Shown: piece after piece, positions 20,491 to 30,895 of the stretch
How the letters are laid out: each line of letters opens with the position of its first letter
Position numbering within the stretch: the first letter of the stretch is position 1
NCBI GenBank assembly: GCA_002717515.1
Contig: PBEC01000018.1
Span: forward strand, 198,630 to 262,629
Reading direction: 5' to 3'
Length of the DNA: 64,000 bases
Origin: Flavobacteriales bacterium
GTDB lineage: Bacteria; Bacteroidota; Bacteroidia; Flavobacteriales_C; GCA-002722245
Program-made: the position numbers and the translations under genes
Notes under the pieces: model-generated
What the model was told of the DNA's origin: nothing
Seen by the model: the letters and a program-made list of their open reading frames with translations, nothing else
Database searches by the model: none

Positions 20491-21600
20491 ATGGTTTATA
20501 AATTAATACAGTTTATATTAAGGATTTATCTTCCTGTTGTATTTAAGAGGCTTGAGTTTAGGGGGTTGGAGAATGTCCCTCAAGATAAACCAGTAATATT
20601 TGCTGTTAATCATCAAAATGCTTTTTTAGATGGGATTTTGGTAGCTTTAAAATTACGTCGTCCTGTTTTCTTTTTAACCCGGTCAGATGTTTTTAAAGGT
20701 AGGTGGGTTGTTAAAATTTTTAAAATACTTAATCTTGTTCCCATTTTTAGAAGGCAAGATGGAGCTGGAGACATAAAAACAAAAAATCGTGAAACATTCA
20801 AGTATTGTATCAAAGAGCTTGAAAAAAAGAAACCGATTTTAATCTTTCCAGAGGGTGAAAGCGAACCTATTCACCATCTTTTTGATTTGAAAAAAGGAGT
20901 TGCTCGTTTGGCCTTTGAGGCAGAGGCCAAAAATAATTTTAAACTTGGCTTGCATGTTGTCCCAGTAGTAATCAACTACGAAAATCATTTCGTTCCAGGT
21001 AAAAAAGTTTTTGTTAATTACCTTAAGCCAATTTTGATTTCTGAATACAAAAATTTATATGTTGAGAATCAAGTCCGTTCGATGTCTATTTTTTTAAAAA
21101 AATTACAGCAAGCGATGAGAGAGAGTGTAATCCATATTTCTGGTGATTATGTTAAATTTAAAAGGAGATATTGGAGAGGAATCATAAGACAATCTAGAAA
21201 TGATAAAGAAATTATAGCAGCAATTAAGTCGATACCTCAAGATTCAACTCAATTTTCAAAAGAAGGCTATAAATGGCATCGAGAAAAATACAGATACAAT
21301 AAACCAAGACCACTATTAAGTCGGGTTTTTTATTCTTTTATTTGTTTGCCTGGATTTTTCTTATTTCTTCCCACAATTTTCATCACAAAATTAATTTTAG
21401 CAAAAGTTAAAGATGAGTCCTTTTACCTTTCAATCACCGTTTTAAGTTGGTTGTTTTTTGGTTTGATACAAATTGCAATAATGGCTATTTACATATGGAA
21501 CTACACGGATTGGGATATTTTTGTTAGCTCCTTACTTGTAATTTTCACCTTAGGTTATATTACGATACGTAATTTTTATAAGCCAATAAAGTCCAGATAA
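20491..21600 (+). CDS. Glycerol-3-phosphate/lysophospholipid acyltransferase (PlsC-like)
   Basis: NHQNAFLD (HxxxxD), IFPEG and KKGVARLA, with C-terminal TM helices. Start is ATG 20491 or GTG 20473. Confidence 0.85.
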   Translation: MVYKLIQFILRIYLPVVFKRLEFRGLENVPQDKPVIFAVNHQNAFLDGILVALKLRRPVFFLTRSDVFKGRWVVKIFKILNLVPIFRRQDGAGDIKTKNRETFKYCIKELEKKKPILIFPEGESEPIHHLFDLKKGVARLAFEAEAKNNFKLGLHVVPVVINYENHFVPGKKVFVNYLKPILISEYKNLYVENQVRSMSIFLKKLQQAMRESVIHISGDYVKFKRRYWRGIIRQSRNDKEIIAAIKSIPQDSTQFSKEGYKWHREKYRYNKPRPLLSRVFYSFICLPGFFLFLPTIFITKLILAKVKDESFYLSITVLSWLFFGLIQIAIMAIYIWNYTDWDIFVSSLLVIFTLGYITIRNFYKPIKSR

Positions 21601-21602
21601 TA

Positions 21603-22337
21603 TCATATTGTTTTTTCTAATTCAGGAGCTTGTGAATTAATATAATTTGTAAACTTCCATATTTCTATGATTTCCTCAACGTTTACTTCATATGGTTCAT
21701 AAAAAGTGTTAGTAGAGCAAAGAAGAAACGTTTTATTTTTCTTAAGTTGATTGTATAAAATTTTAAAGACAATACCTTCGTCTTTAGTAATAACAATATA
21801 GGGGTAGCCGTTTTTAATATAGTTCCAATTTTGAACGAATTCTCCTGTTACGAAACTTCCATCTGAAACGGGAGGCATAGAATCACCAGATATAGGGAAA
21901 GTTCTGTATTTGCGGTCTTTTGCCAAAAAAGGAAGTTGAAAAGTAGGTAGTACTTTAATGTATTCGGGGTCATAGAGCCCTTGAGTGTAACCAGCTTGTG
22001 CTTTTACAGGAACCAGCTCAATATTTTCCTCGTCCTGATGATTAACGGTTGTTGTCAATACCCTTAGTTTTCTTCCGCTTACGTCGACATTAAACCCATT
22101 TTCGAGGTTGGTAAGTCTTAATTCTGAAAATTCATGTAAATCTTCTTTTAAAAACACATCGATAGGAAGACTAAAATATTTTGATATTTTCATAAGTGTA
22201 TCGAAGTTTGGCTCGGCGGCTTCGTTTTCATATGCACTCCAAGTGGAACGAGTTATTTGAAGTGTATTGGACACGTCTGCTTGGGATCGAGAACGTCTTT
22301 TTCTTAGTAATTTTAAATTTCTTCCGAAATAACTCAT
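21603..22337 (-). CDS. XRE-HTH plus S24 peptidase repressor (LexA/CI-like)
   Basis: N-terminal HTH (TRSTWSAYENEAAEP), Ala-Gly site in KAQAGY, catalytic Ser in GDSM and Lys in VFK. Confidence 0.88.
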   Translation of the reverse strand: MSYFGRNLKLLRKRRSRSQADVSNTLQITRSTWSAYENEAAEPNFDTLMKISKYFSLPIDVFLKEDLHEFSELRLTNLENGFNVDVSGRKLRVLTTTVNHQDEENIELVPVKAQAGYTQGLYDPEYIKVLPTFQLPFLAKDRKYRTFPISGDSMPPVSDGSFVTGEFVQNWNYIKNGYPYIVITKDEGIVFKILYNQLKKNKTFLLCSTNTFYEPYEVNVEEIIEIWKFTNYINSQAPELEKTI

Positions 22338-22434
22338 TGACAATTTTTTTGTCAGAAGATAAAAAGGATTTTAAGTATTTGCAAATGTTGGACCTCGAAA
22401 TTAATTAATAACACTCATGGGTAATTAAAAAAAA

Positions 22435-25400
22435 TTATGAAACAGTATCATTCAATTTTTTTAAGGTTTCAAAAGCTTCCTCTATTGATGATATTTTATT
22501 AAATGTAATTGTTAACTTTCCTTTGATTTCCTTCATTTTACATGTTGTTAAATTCTTTTGAACAAACAATAAAATCTTCCCAAATTTTTCCGTTTGAAAA
22601 TAATTGCTCTCAGGATTTGAAATGAAATAGCCTCTGAGTATTCTGTTTTTTAAATACAGTTTTTCAAAACCAATTTTTTGAGCTAACCATTTTAAACGCA
22701 TTATCGATATTAGTTCTTGAGTTTGATGTGGTAATTCGCCAAAACGATCTCTTAAATTCTTTGAAAAGATTTGAAGGTCTTCTTCTGTTTTTAAGTCGTT
22801 GAGTTGTTTATAAAGTCGTAATCTTTCATCGACAGCATTCACGTAGGTTGTAGGCATTAAAATTTCCATATCGGTTTCTATGACACAATCCTTAACAAAA
22901 ATTCGATTTTCCTCTTTAAGTTCTTCTGCGTATAATTCTTTGAATTCTCCCTCCTTTAATTCTTGAATCGCCTCATCAAGTATTTTTTGATAGGTGTCAT
23001 AGCCTATATCGGAGATAAAACCGGATTGCTCTGCTCCAAGCATATCTCCTGCTCCTCTAATATCCAGATCTCTCATTGCAATATTAAATCCACTACCCAA
23101 ATCTCCAAATTCTTCAAGAGCTCTTAAGCGTTTTCTCGCTTCTGGTGTTAGAGTACTTTGTGGAGGGGCTACTAAATAACAAAATGCCTTTTTGTTTGAT
23201 CGTCCAACCCTTCCTCTCATTTGATGCAAATCACTCAATCCGAAGTTTTGAGCTTGATTAATTATGATGGTATTTGCATTCGGAATATCTAATCCTGATT
23301 CAATAATAGTTGTAGCTACCAATACGTCAAAGTCACCATGCATAAAATCCATCATTATTGATTCTAATTTTTTTCCGTCCATTTGTCCATGACCGACTCG
23401 GATTTTTGCATTGGGAACCAATCTTTGAATAGTTCCTGCAACCTCTTTGATATTCTCGACACGATTATGTATAAAGTAAACTTGACCATTTCTTGCTAAC
23501 TCATAGGATACAGCATCTCTTAAAACTTCTTCATTAAACCCGGTAACGGAAGTTTCCACTGGATAGCGATTAGGGGGGGGGGTATTGATTACGCTTAAGT
23601 CTCTTGCACCGAGAAGTGAGAACTGAAGTGTTCTTGGTATTGGAGTAGCTGTTAAAGTAAGAGTGTCTAAATTAGCCTTTAGAGTTTTGAGTTTGTCTTT
23701 TACCGATACTCCAAACTTTTGTTCTTCGTCAATAATTAATAGTCCTAAGTCATTATATTTAACATCTTTCCCTGCTAATCTGTGTGTTCCAATAATAATG
23801 TCAATTTTTCCTTCTTCTAATTTTTTTAAGGTATCCTTTTGTTGTTTTGTGCTTCTGAAACGATTGATGTAATCTACAGTGACGGGATAATCTTTTAATC
23901 GTTTTGAAAAGGTTTGATGGTGTTGAAATGCCAATATTGTAGTTGGAACCAAAACAGCGACTTGTTTTCCATCAACGGCGGCTTTAAAAGCGGCTCTGAC
24001 AGCAATTTCTGTCTTTCCAAAACCAACATCCCCACAAATTAATCGGTCCATAGGGAAGGGTTTCTCCATATCTCTTTTAACGGCAGCTGTTGAGGTTACT
24101 TGATCGGGAGTGTCTTCGAAAATAAAAGATGCTTCAAGTTCTGTTTGCATATAAGAGTCTTCGCTGTAGGAAAAACCTGTTGTAGCTTTTCTTTTGGCGT
24201 AAAGCTTAATTAGATCGTAAGCTATTTTTTTAACTTTCTTTTTTGTATTCGCCTTTTTTGTTTTCCAAGTAGAAGTTCCAAGCTTATTCAACAATGGAAT
24301 CTTACCCTCTTTTCCTGAATATTTCGCTATTCGATGAAGAGATTGGATTCCCACATATAGTACGTCTTTATCCTTGTATAGTAATCGAATAGATTCTGTT
24401 TTTTTTTCGCCTTGATTAATGATTTCTAAACCGTCAAACACTCCAATTCCATAATCAATATGGGTAACATAGTCTCCTTTCTGAAGTCCGGTTAGTTCTT
24501 TTATTGTCAAAGATTGATTGCTCTTTTTTAAAGAGTCCTTAATTCTAAATCGATGGTAGCGATCGAAAATCTGATGGTCCGTGTAAACGACCGTTTTTGT
24601 TGTTTGATCGATAAAACCTTCATGTAGTGTGAAATAACGAGGGGAAAACTTTATATTTTTACCAATTAATTGGCCTTCTAATTCGTAATCGTCTAGAATT
24701 TTTCTGATTCGGTCAATTTGTTTTGTGTTGTCGCTGATGATATTAATTTCGTATTTTTCGGCTGCCTTTTGTTTTAAATCTTCAATCAAAAGTTGAAAAT
24801 TTTTGTTGAAGTTAGGTTGCCTCATTACGTCAAATTCTAAAACCTCAGAATTTTTATAAAAGTCTTTGCCTCCAAATTCAATAACTTTACTTTTTTCCAG
24901 ACTTTTTATAAGTCCGTTTTTGTTAATGTATAATTCGTTTGGAGGGAGTTGTAATGTATTCTTTTTTATTTTACACCAAGCATCAATAGTTTTTTGATAA
25001 TTATCTTCAACCTTATCCAGTGTAAACTGGACGTCTCTAATCCATATTACAGAGGAGGGACCAATATATTCTATGAGTGATATTTTCTCCTCTTGTACTA
25101 CTATTTCTTTGATGTTTGGTACAATAGTTATATTGTTGTAGGATGCTTTTGAAAGTTGATCGGCAGGATCGAATGAGCGTATGCTATCGATTTCATCGCC
25201 GAAGAAATCTATTCTAAAAGGTTTATCGTAGGAGTATGACCAAACGTCCATTAAGCCACCGCGAACTGCAAATTGTCCGGGTTCAATTACAAATTGTTCT
25301 CTCGAAAATTCGTATTCAAAGAGTACTTCAATTAAAAAGTCCATTGACAGGGTGTCACCAACTTTAATGGTGTGACTGTTTTTTGAGAGTTCTTTTTTTG

Positions 25401-25794
25401 TGATTATTTTTTCATGTAATGCTTCAGGATAAGATATAATGAGCTTTTTCTTATTGTTATTTAGTTCAGAAAGCACTTCAGCTCTCTGCACAATGTTTGC
25501 GTTTTGAGTTCGACTTGCTTGATAAGGTTGAGTTGATGAAGATGGATAATAAAGAGCTTTAGTTTCTCCTAAAAGATTTTGAATATCATTATAAATGTAT
25601 GCAGCGTCTTCTTTATCGTTAGCTATAATTAACTGACAAATTGCATTTTTGGCTTGCATGGAGGCCAGCAAAACGTTTAGGAATGAACCTTTATTTTCTT
25701 TTAAGACTAATTTTTCGTTTGTAATGAAGGAATCTTGTAAGACAGAAAACAGAGGATGTTTTTCAAATGTTACTAACCATTCTTTAGAGTTCAT
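22435..25794 (-). CDS. mfd: Transcription-repair coupling factor
   Basis: GDYVTHIDYGIG, CGDVGFGKTE, DEEQKFG, TATPIPRT and QMRGRVGR. Confidence 0.97.
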   Translation of the reverse strand: MNSKEWLVTFEKHPLFSVLQDSFITNEKLVLKENKGSFLNVLLASMQAKNAICQLIIANDKEDAAYIYNDIQNLLGETKALYYPSSSTQPYQASRTQNANIVQRAEVLSELNNNKKKLIISYPEALHEKIITKKELSKNSHTIKVGDTLSMDFLIEVLFEYEFSREQFVIEPGQFAVRGGLMDVWSYSYDKPFRIDFFGDEIDSIRSFDPADQLSKASYNNITIVPNIKEIVVQEEKISLIEYIGPSSVIWIRDVQFTLDKVEDNYQKTIDAWCKIKKNTLQLPPNELYINKNGLIKSLEKSKVIEFGGKDFYKNSEVLEFDVMRQPNFNKNFQLLIEDLKQKAAEKYEINIISDNTKQIDRIRKILDDYELEGQLIGKNIKFSPRYFTLHEGFIDQTTKTVVYTDHQIFDRYHRFRIKDSLKKSNQSLTIKELTGLQKGDYVTHIDYGIGVFDGLEIINQGEKKTESIRLLYKDKDVLYVGIQSLHRIAKYSGKEGKIPLLNKLGTSTWKTKKANTKKKVKKIAYDLIKLYAKRKATTGFSYSEDSYMQTELEASFIFEDTPDQVTSTAAVKRDMEKPFPMDRLICGDVGFGKTEIAVRAAFKAAVDGKQVAVLVPTTILAFQHHQTFSKRLKDYPVTVDYINRFRSTKQQKDTLKKLEEGKIDIIIGTHRLAGKDVKYNDLGLLIIDEEQKFGVSVKDKLKTLKANLDTLTLTATPIPRTLQFSLLGARDLSVINTPPPNRYPVETSVTGFNEEVLRDAVSYELARNGQVYFIHNRVENIKEVAGTIQRLVPNAKIRVGHGQMDGKKLESIMMDFMHGDFDVLVATTIIESGLDIPNANTIIINQAQNFGLSDLHQMRGRVGRSNKKAFCYLVAPPQSTLTPEARKRLRALEEFGDLGSGFNIAMRDLDIRGAGDMLGAEQSGFISDIGYDTYQKILDEAIQELKEGEFKELYAEELKEENRIFVKDCVIETDMEILMPTTYVNAVDERLRLYKQLNDLKTEEDLQIFSKNLRDRFGELPHQTQELISIMRLKWLAQKIGFEKLYLKNRILRGYFISNPESNYFQTEKFGKILLFVQKNLTTCKMKEIKGKLTITFNKISSIEEAFETLKKLNDTVS

Positions 25795-26022
25795 GCAACA
25801 AAATTACTTAAATTGAAAAGAATGTTGTTGTTGGAAACAAAACATTTAAATGAATCGTTGGTAAAGTTAAGTATGACTCGTATTTAATCCAGAAAAGAGC
25901 TTATTTGGTAGTTATTTAACGATTTTTGTTTATTATTCATTCAAAAAAATTTTGATGCTATTCCAAAAAGTATATTTTTGCGGAAAATTGGACATTATTT
26001 TACATTTAAAATTTTTATAAAT

Positions 26023-26244
26023 ATGTATTGGACGTTAGAGCTAGCAAATTACTTAACTGATGCACCTTGGCCTGCTACTAAGGATGAGTTAATTGATTAT
26101 GCCATGAGATCTGGGGCTCCATTAGAGGTTACCGAAAACTTACAGGAGCTGGAGGAGGAAGTTGAGTCATTTGAAAGCATAGAAGAAATTTGGCCAGACT
26201 TCCCGACGAAAGAAGATTTTCTTTTTAATGAAGATGAATACTAA
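26023..26244 (+). CDS. DUF2795-type conserved small acidic protein
   Basis: MYWTLELA.YL.DAPWPATKDELIDYA...FNEDEY is a highly conserved Bacteroidota protein. Upstream TATTTTTG promoter box at 25973-25980. Confidence 0.88.
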   Translation: MYWTLELANYLTDAPWPATKDELIDYAMRSGAPLEVTENLQELEEEVESFESIEEIWPDFPTKEDFLFNEDEY

Positions 26245-26253
26245 AGGTCTTTT

Positions 26254-26279
26254 AATCCCGCTCTAAAGCGGGATTTTTT
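26254..26279. terminator. Intrinsic terminator between convergent genes (likely bidirectional)
   Basis: AATCCCGCT-CTAA-AGCGGGATT followed by TTTT. Confidence 0.85.
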
Positions 26280-27186
26280 ATGCTCTAATCCATTCTAGAC
26301 ATAAGTTACCTTCTTCTACTTGCATTTCAAGCGTTTTTCCAAAAATTAAAGCTCTGTTGTCATTTATGTGTCCGGCTGGAAAATTGCTAAATATAGGGAT
26401 GTTTAGGTCTTTACAAAGGTCAAATATAATCTCTTCAGAATTTTTACCAAATGGGGTGTTGCTATCTTTCATTTCGGTAAAACTCCCAATAATTAATCCT
26501 GATAAGTTTTTAAAGTATCCATTTCGTTTTAAGTTGTAAATCATTCTATCAACGTGATACATGTATTCGGATAAGTCTTCTATAAAAAGGATTTTACCAT
26601 CTGTTTTAACTGAAGATATCGATCCGCAAAGACTATACAGAATAGAAAGGTTTCCGCCAATCAGCTGACCTCTTGCTTTTCCATTTTTGCACAGTTCTTT
26701 GGTTTTAGATTGAATTTGGTAGTTTAAGGTCCCTTTCATAAGGAGTTTCTTCAGTGAACTCAAAGATTTCGGAGTGTTTTTCTTAAAGAAAACCGGCATT
26801 GTTGCATGAATTGTGGGGATATTAAAGTTCGCATTGATGTGTGAGTGAAATACAGTAATATCGCTAAATCCAATTAACCATTTTGGTGATTTTAAAAATG
26901 AAGAAAAATTAATTTCGTCAATAATTCGAACGCAGCCATATCCCCCTCTCGCTGAAATAATTGCTTTTATTTCTTGATTGTCTAACATTTTTTGGATGTC
27001 AGCTCTTCGCTGTTCATCATCACCACTGAATTGATTGAGCTCGGAACCAATAGTGTTTCCAATTACAACATCCAGTCCCCAATTTTGAAAAATTTTAACA
27101 GCGGGCTGAATTTCTTCAATCGTAATTTTTTTTGCAAAAGCAACAATTCCAATTTTGTCGCCAGGGGTTAAAAAATCAGGAGTCAT
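26278..27186 (-). CDS. LD-carboxypeptidase (peptidase S66)
   Basis: ARGGYG, GFSDIT (Ser), GGNLS, FIEDL.E and AGH. ATG 27186 follows a TATATTTA promoter box. Confidence 0.92.
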   Translation of the reverse strand: MTPDFLTPGDKIGIVAFAKKITIEEIQPAVKIFQNWGLDVVIGNTIGSELNQFSGDDEQRRADIQKMLDNQEIKAIISARGGYGCVRIIDEINFSSFLKSPKWLIGFSDITVFHSHINANFNIPTIHATMPVFFKKNTPKSLSSLKKLLMKGTLNYQIQSKTKELCKNGKARGQLIGGNLSILYSLCGSISSVKTDGKILFIEDLSEYMYHVDRMIYNLKRNGYFKNLSGLIIGSFTEMKDSNTPFGKNSEEIIFDLCKDLNIPIFSNFPAGHINDNRALIFGKTLEMQVEEGNLCLEWIRA

Positions 27187-27313
27187 GAAATAAATATACA
27201 AAACGTAATTTTGTGAATGGAGTTAAATTTATGTTTAGATTATTGAAGCATCTATATTTGATGTTCTTTTTTTGGAACTAATAAACTTTTTGAATTTTAT
27301 TATTCTTTAACGA

Positions 27314-27784
27314 TTATTTTAGTTGTTTTATGAGGTACTCATAGGCAGATTGAAGCTCTTTTTTATTAAAAGTCTTACCTATTCTAATTACCCTTTTTTT
27401 AGTTTGAACAGCAATCATAGCTTTTTTGTAGGCCTTAGTATCTGATTGTACTTGATCAAATGCAGCGAAGGGCATAAAAGCACTAGATCGTTCAGTTTTA
27501 TTTACAAAACCCTGTTGAATTACTTTAAGTTTTAAAACGTTTTTTTTATGAAATTTAAAATTGTCAGTAAGAAGTCTTTTTCTTTCTTTAATTTGGATGA
27601 TATCATTTTCAATACTTAAAGTTGTTGAGTCCATTAACGTCCAAAGAGCAAAAAGTACAAAAAAAGGCAGAAAAAATATTGCGATTAGAATCCATCCTGG
27701 ATTAATAAAGCATAAAGTTAGTAATGTTATAGTTGCAGCACATGAAATAAATTTAGTTGCTACTGCGTAGTGATAAATTTTCAT
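27314..27784 (-). CDS. Hypothetical membrane protein (two TM helices plus a soluble domain)
   Basis: 156-aa ORF 1 nt downstream of yihA, with two N-terminal hydrophobic segments. Confidence 0.65.
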   Translation of the reverse strand: MKIYHYAVATKFISCAATITLLTLCFINPGWILIAIFFLPFFVLFALWTLMDSTTLSIENDIIQIKERKRLLTDNFKFHKKNVLKLKVIQQGFVNKTERSSAFMPFAAFDQVQSDTKAYKKAMIAVQTKKRVIRIGKTFNKKELQSAYEYLIKQLK

Positions 27785-27785
27785 T

Positions 27786-28388
27786 TTATTTTTTAAAGAG
27801 GGGGTTTATATTCTCTATATAATCCAAGATCTTTTCTTTTCCCAATTTCTTTTCAGAAGACGTGATAAAGTATGGAGGTAATTCCTCCCAATATTTGTAA
27901 AGCTCTTTCTCGTATGTCTTCACATTAAGGCTGAGTTCTTTTTGCTTTAGTTTATCTGTTTTAGTGAAAATTATTGAGAACGGAACTCCATTTTCTCCAA
28001 GGAAAATCATGAAATCAATATCTATTTTTTGAGGTTTTAATCTAGAGTCGATTAAGACAAAAGTATTTAGTAGGTTTTTACGATTAAGAATATAGCCTTT
28101 TATCATTTTACTCCATTCTTCTCTGGATTTTTTACTGACTTTAGCGTAGCCATAACCGGGTAAGTCACACAAATACCATTTTTCATTGATTAAAAAGTGA
28201 TTAATTAGCTGTGTTTTTCCAGGAGTAGAAGATGTTTTAGCTAGTCCTTTTTTTTCACAAAGTGTATTTATTAAGGAGCTTTTTCCCACATTAGACCTAC
28301 CAATAAAAGCATACTCAGGAAAATTGGGGGCTGGGCATTCTTTCCAGTGCGGTTTGCTAATTATGAATTTTGAAGACGTGATTTTCAT
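27786..28388 (-). CDS. yihA: Ribosome biogenesis GTPase YihA/YsxC (EngB)
   Basis: [26 protein letters not shown] and TKTDK. Confidence 0.96.
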   Translation of the reverse strand: MKITSSKFIISKPHWKECPAPNFPEYAFIGRSNVGKSSLINTLCEKKGLAKTSSTPGKTQLINHFLINEKWYLCDLPGYGYAKVSKKSREEWSKMIKGYILNRKNLLNTFVLIDSRLKPQKIDIDFMIFLGENGVPFSIIFTKTDKLKQKELSLNVKTYEKELYKYWEELPPYFITSSEKKLGKEKILDYIENINPLFKK

Positions 28389-28432
28389 GCCTTGAAGTTG
28401 ATATTCAAAATACTGGCCAATTTAAAAGATAA

Positions 28433-29197
28433 TTAACTCTTTCTGACGTTTTCCAACCATGGAGTCAAGATAGTGTTGAATTCAATGGGGTGTTCCATCA
28501 TAGGGGCGTGACCGCATTTATCAATCCAGTATAAATCTGAATTTGGCATTAATCTATGGAAGTCTTCAGCAACTTCTGGAGGTGTAACTATGTCTTGTTT
28601 TCCCCAAATTAAGCATACTGGAATTTTAAAATTTGGCAAATCTTTTTCCATGTTATGTCGAATCGCACTCTTGGCAAGAGCGAGAATTTTAATCAATTTA
28701 CTTCTATCGCCGATAATGCCTAAAACTTCATCTACTAATTCATCAGTTGCTAATGCGGGATCGTAAAATGTTTTAGCTGTTTTTTCACGAATATATTCTT
28801 TGTCTCCTTTTCTCGGGTATTGATTTCCAAACGCATTTTCATATAATCCAGAAGAACCTGTGAGAACCATTGAGTGCACTTTTTCTGGCCAATTTGCATA
28901 GTATACCAAAGAAACATGACCTCCGAGAGAATTACCCAAAAGAGTAACGTTTTCGTACCCTTTGTGGTCGATGAACTTTTTAACAAATTTTGCTAAAGAT
29001 TTTACCCCGGTGGTTGCTATGGGCATATCATATAAAGGAAGCATTGGAATAACTACTTTGTAATTCCCTTTAAAATGCTCAAATAAATCTTTAAAGTTTG
29101 ATAGAGCTCCAAATAAACCGTGCAAAAGCACAATAACTTCTCCTTCTCCTTCTTCTAAATATTTAAACTTACCGTCTTCTTTGATTTTATAATCCAT
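28433..29197 (-). CDS. Alpha/beta fold hydrolase
   Basis: LLHGLFG, GNSLGG nucleophile elbow, WGKQD and CGHAPMMEHP. ATG 29197 preferred, with TATATTTG upstream. Confidence 0.9.
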   Translation of the reverse strand: MDYKIKEDGKFKYLEEGEGEVIVLLHGLFGALSNFKDLFEHFKGNYKVVIPMLPLYDMPIATTGVKSLAKFVKKFIDHKGYENVTLLGNSLGGHVSLVYYANWPEKVHSMVLTGSSGLYENAFGNQYPRKGDKEYIREKTAKTFYDPALATDELVDEVLGIIGDRSKLIKILALAKSAIRHNMEKDLPNFKIPVCLIWGKQDIVTPPEVAEDFHRLMPNSDLYWIDKCGHAPMMEHPIEFNTILTPWLENVRKS

Positions 29198-29475
29198 ATT
29201 TCCGTCAGTCGATATGAACAAATATAGTAAAAGGGTTGTGGGGTTCAAATTGTAAAAGAGAAAAATATAAATTCTGTTGGTTTAAGTGTTTTATAGCTCT
29301 ATGTTTTTCATTCAAGAGTTTTAAACCGCTAATTAAGTGACATAACTTATTAACAAATAAATTCCTGCCCACTAATTCCCACGTATTAAGATTCTGCTCA
29401 AATAGCCGTAAAATATATTGTTTTTAGTTTATTTGAAACAAACTTTATGTATATTCGTTCTTAAGTTATCAACAA

Positions 29476-29501
29476 GGTGGTAAAAGGTGGTAAATCGTGG
29501 T
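29476..29501 (+). promoter_or_regulatory. MraZ operator: three GTGGT direct repeats with 10-bp period
   Basis: GGTGGTAAAA-GGTGGTAAAT-CGTGGT upstream of mraZ, followed by a TACATTTA -7-like box at 29513-29520. Matches the known MraZ GTGG repeat layout. Confidence 0.8.
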
Positions 29502-29538
29502 GAAAAACTTCTTACATTTATAGTACCTGTAAAATGTT

Positions 29539-29997
29539 ATGACAAATTTGATTGGAGAATATGAGTGCAAGATTGACGCGAAGGGACGACTTTTGGTTCC
29601 TTCTGGGTTGAGGAAGCAATTTTCTCCAGAAGCTGAAGGAAAATTGTTTGTCAAGCGAGGTATAGAGAATTGTTTGGAGTTGTATCAAAAACATGATTGG
29701 GAATCTGTTTCTGAGAAAGTAAGTAGTCTGAACCAGTTTGTTAAAAAGAACAGGGTATTTGCCCGTAAGTTCATCAGTGGTGCAACGCAATTAGAATTAG
29801 ATAGTGTTGGGAGGATCAATCTCCCGAAAATTTTGTTGGATTATGCAGGTGTAAAAAAGACTTTGATTCTTTTTGCCTATGGCAACAAAATTGAGATTTG
29901 GGATAAAGCGGTGTACGATGCAGAGCTAGATATGAGTGATGATGATTTTGCTGGTCTTGCTGAGGAAGTTATGGGGGATTTTAACCTGGACGAGTAA
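29539..29997 (+). CDS. mraZ: Division/cell wall cluster repressor MraZ
   Basis: DAKGR and DSVGR repeats, KIEIWD. First gene of the dcw cluster. Confidence 0.95.
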   Translation: MTNLIGEYECKIDAKGRLLVPSGLRKQFSPEAEGKLFVKRGIENCLELYQKHDWESVSEKVSSLNQFVKKNRVFARKFISGATQLELDSVGRINLPKILLDYAGVKKTLILFAYGNKIEIWDKAVYDAELDMSDDDFAGLAEEVMGDFNLDE

Positions 29998-30894
29998 ATG
30001 CAATATCACAAATCTGTACTGTTAAAAGAAAGCATCGATGCACTTGAGGTTTCAAACGGGGGTGTTTATGTTGATACGACTTTCGGAGGAGGAGGGCATT
30101 CTAGAGAGATTTTAAGTAGGGTTCAAAATTGCTCTTTGTATTCTTTTGATCAAGATGAAGATGCACTGGAAAATGAATTGGATGATGAAAGGTTGACGTT
30201 AATTCATTCAAATTTCTCTGAATTGGAAAATTCATTAAAGCTTTATCGAGTTGATAAAGTTGATGGTGTTCTGGCTGATTTGGGCGTCTCTTCTCATCAG
30301 TTTGATTCTGAACAAAGAGGGTTCTCTATTCGGTTTGATGGTCCTTTGGATATGAGGATGGGGAAGGAGATTCAAAAAACAGCCTCTGATATTATTTGTG
30401 AGTATTCTTGGGAGGAATTGTCGGAAATGTTGAGAAGTTATTCCGACTTAAAAGGAACGGGAAGAATCGCCAGAAGAATAAAAGAAGTTAGTGAGTTAAG
30501 TCCGTTGCGAAGTACTTCGGAATTGGTTGAGGTTTTAAAAAAGATGGCTCCGGCCAATAAACATAATAAGTTTTTGGCTCAAGTTTTTCAGGCTTTTAGA
30601 ATTGAGGTAAACGATGAGATGCAGGTTTTAAAGGATATGTTAAATCAAACTATAGATGTTTTGAAGCCTGGAGGTAAATTGGTTGTGATTTCTTACCATT
30701 CAATTGAAGATCGTTTAGTAAAAAACTTCATGAGGTCAGGAAGTTTTAATGGAGAAGAAGAAAAAGATTTTTTTGGCAATTCATTGTCACCATTTAATAT
30801 GATTACAAGAAAGCCTATTGTTCCAAGTAGTTCTGAAATAGATGAAAACAATAGGGCCAGAAGTGCAAAATTAAGAGTAGCAAAAAAAGTTTGA
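29998..30894 (+). CDS. rsmH: 16S rRNA m4C1402 methyltransferase
   Basis: DTTFGGGGHS, DLGVSSHQ, ISYHSIEDR and RARSAKLR. Confidence 0.96.
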   Translation: MQYHKSVLLKESIDALEVSNGGVYVDTTFGGGGHSREILSRVQNCSLYSFDQDEDALENELDDERLTLIHSNFSELENSLKLYRVDKVDGVLADLGVSSHQFDSEQRGFSIRFDGPLDMRMGKEIQKTASDIICEYSWEELSEMLRSYSDLKGTGRIARRIKEVSELSPLRSTSELVEVLKKMAPANKHNKFLAQVFQAFRIEVNDEMQVLKDMLNQTIDVLKPGGKLVVISYHSIEDRLVKNFMRSGSFNGEEEKDFFGNSLSPFNMITRKPIVPSSSEIDENNRARSAKLRVAKKV

Positions 30895-30895
30895 T

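Noticed and set aside
25978-26022. N-terminal extension of the DUF2795 ORF from TTG 25978
   Set aside because: That TTG is part of the TATTTTTG promoter element, and the family starts at MYWTLELA.
29250-29538. Possible replication origin (divergent genes, DnaA-like boxes, AT-rich)
   Set aside because: Only two imperfect boxes, no dnaA/dnaN/gidA nearby, and no strand-bias switch I could see by eye. A GC-skew calculation is needed.
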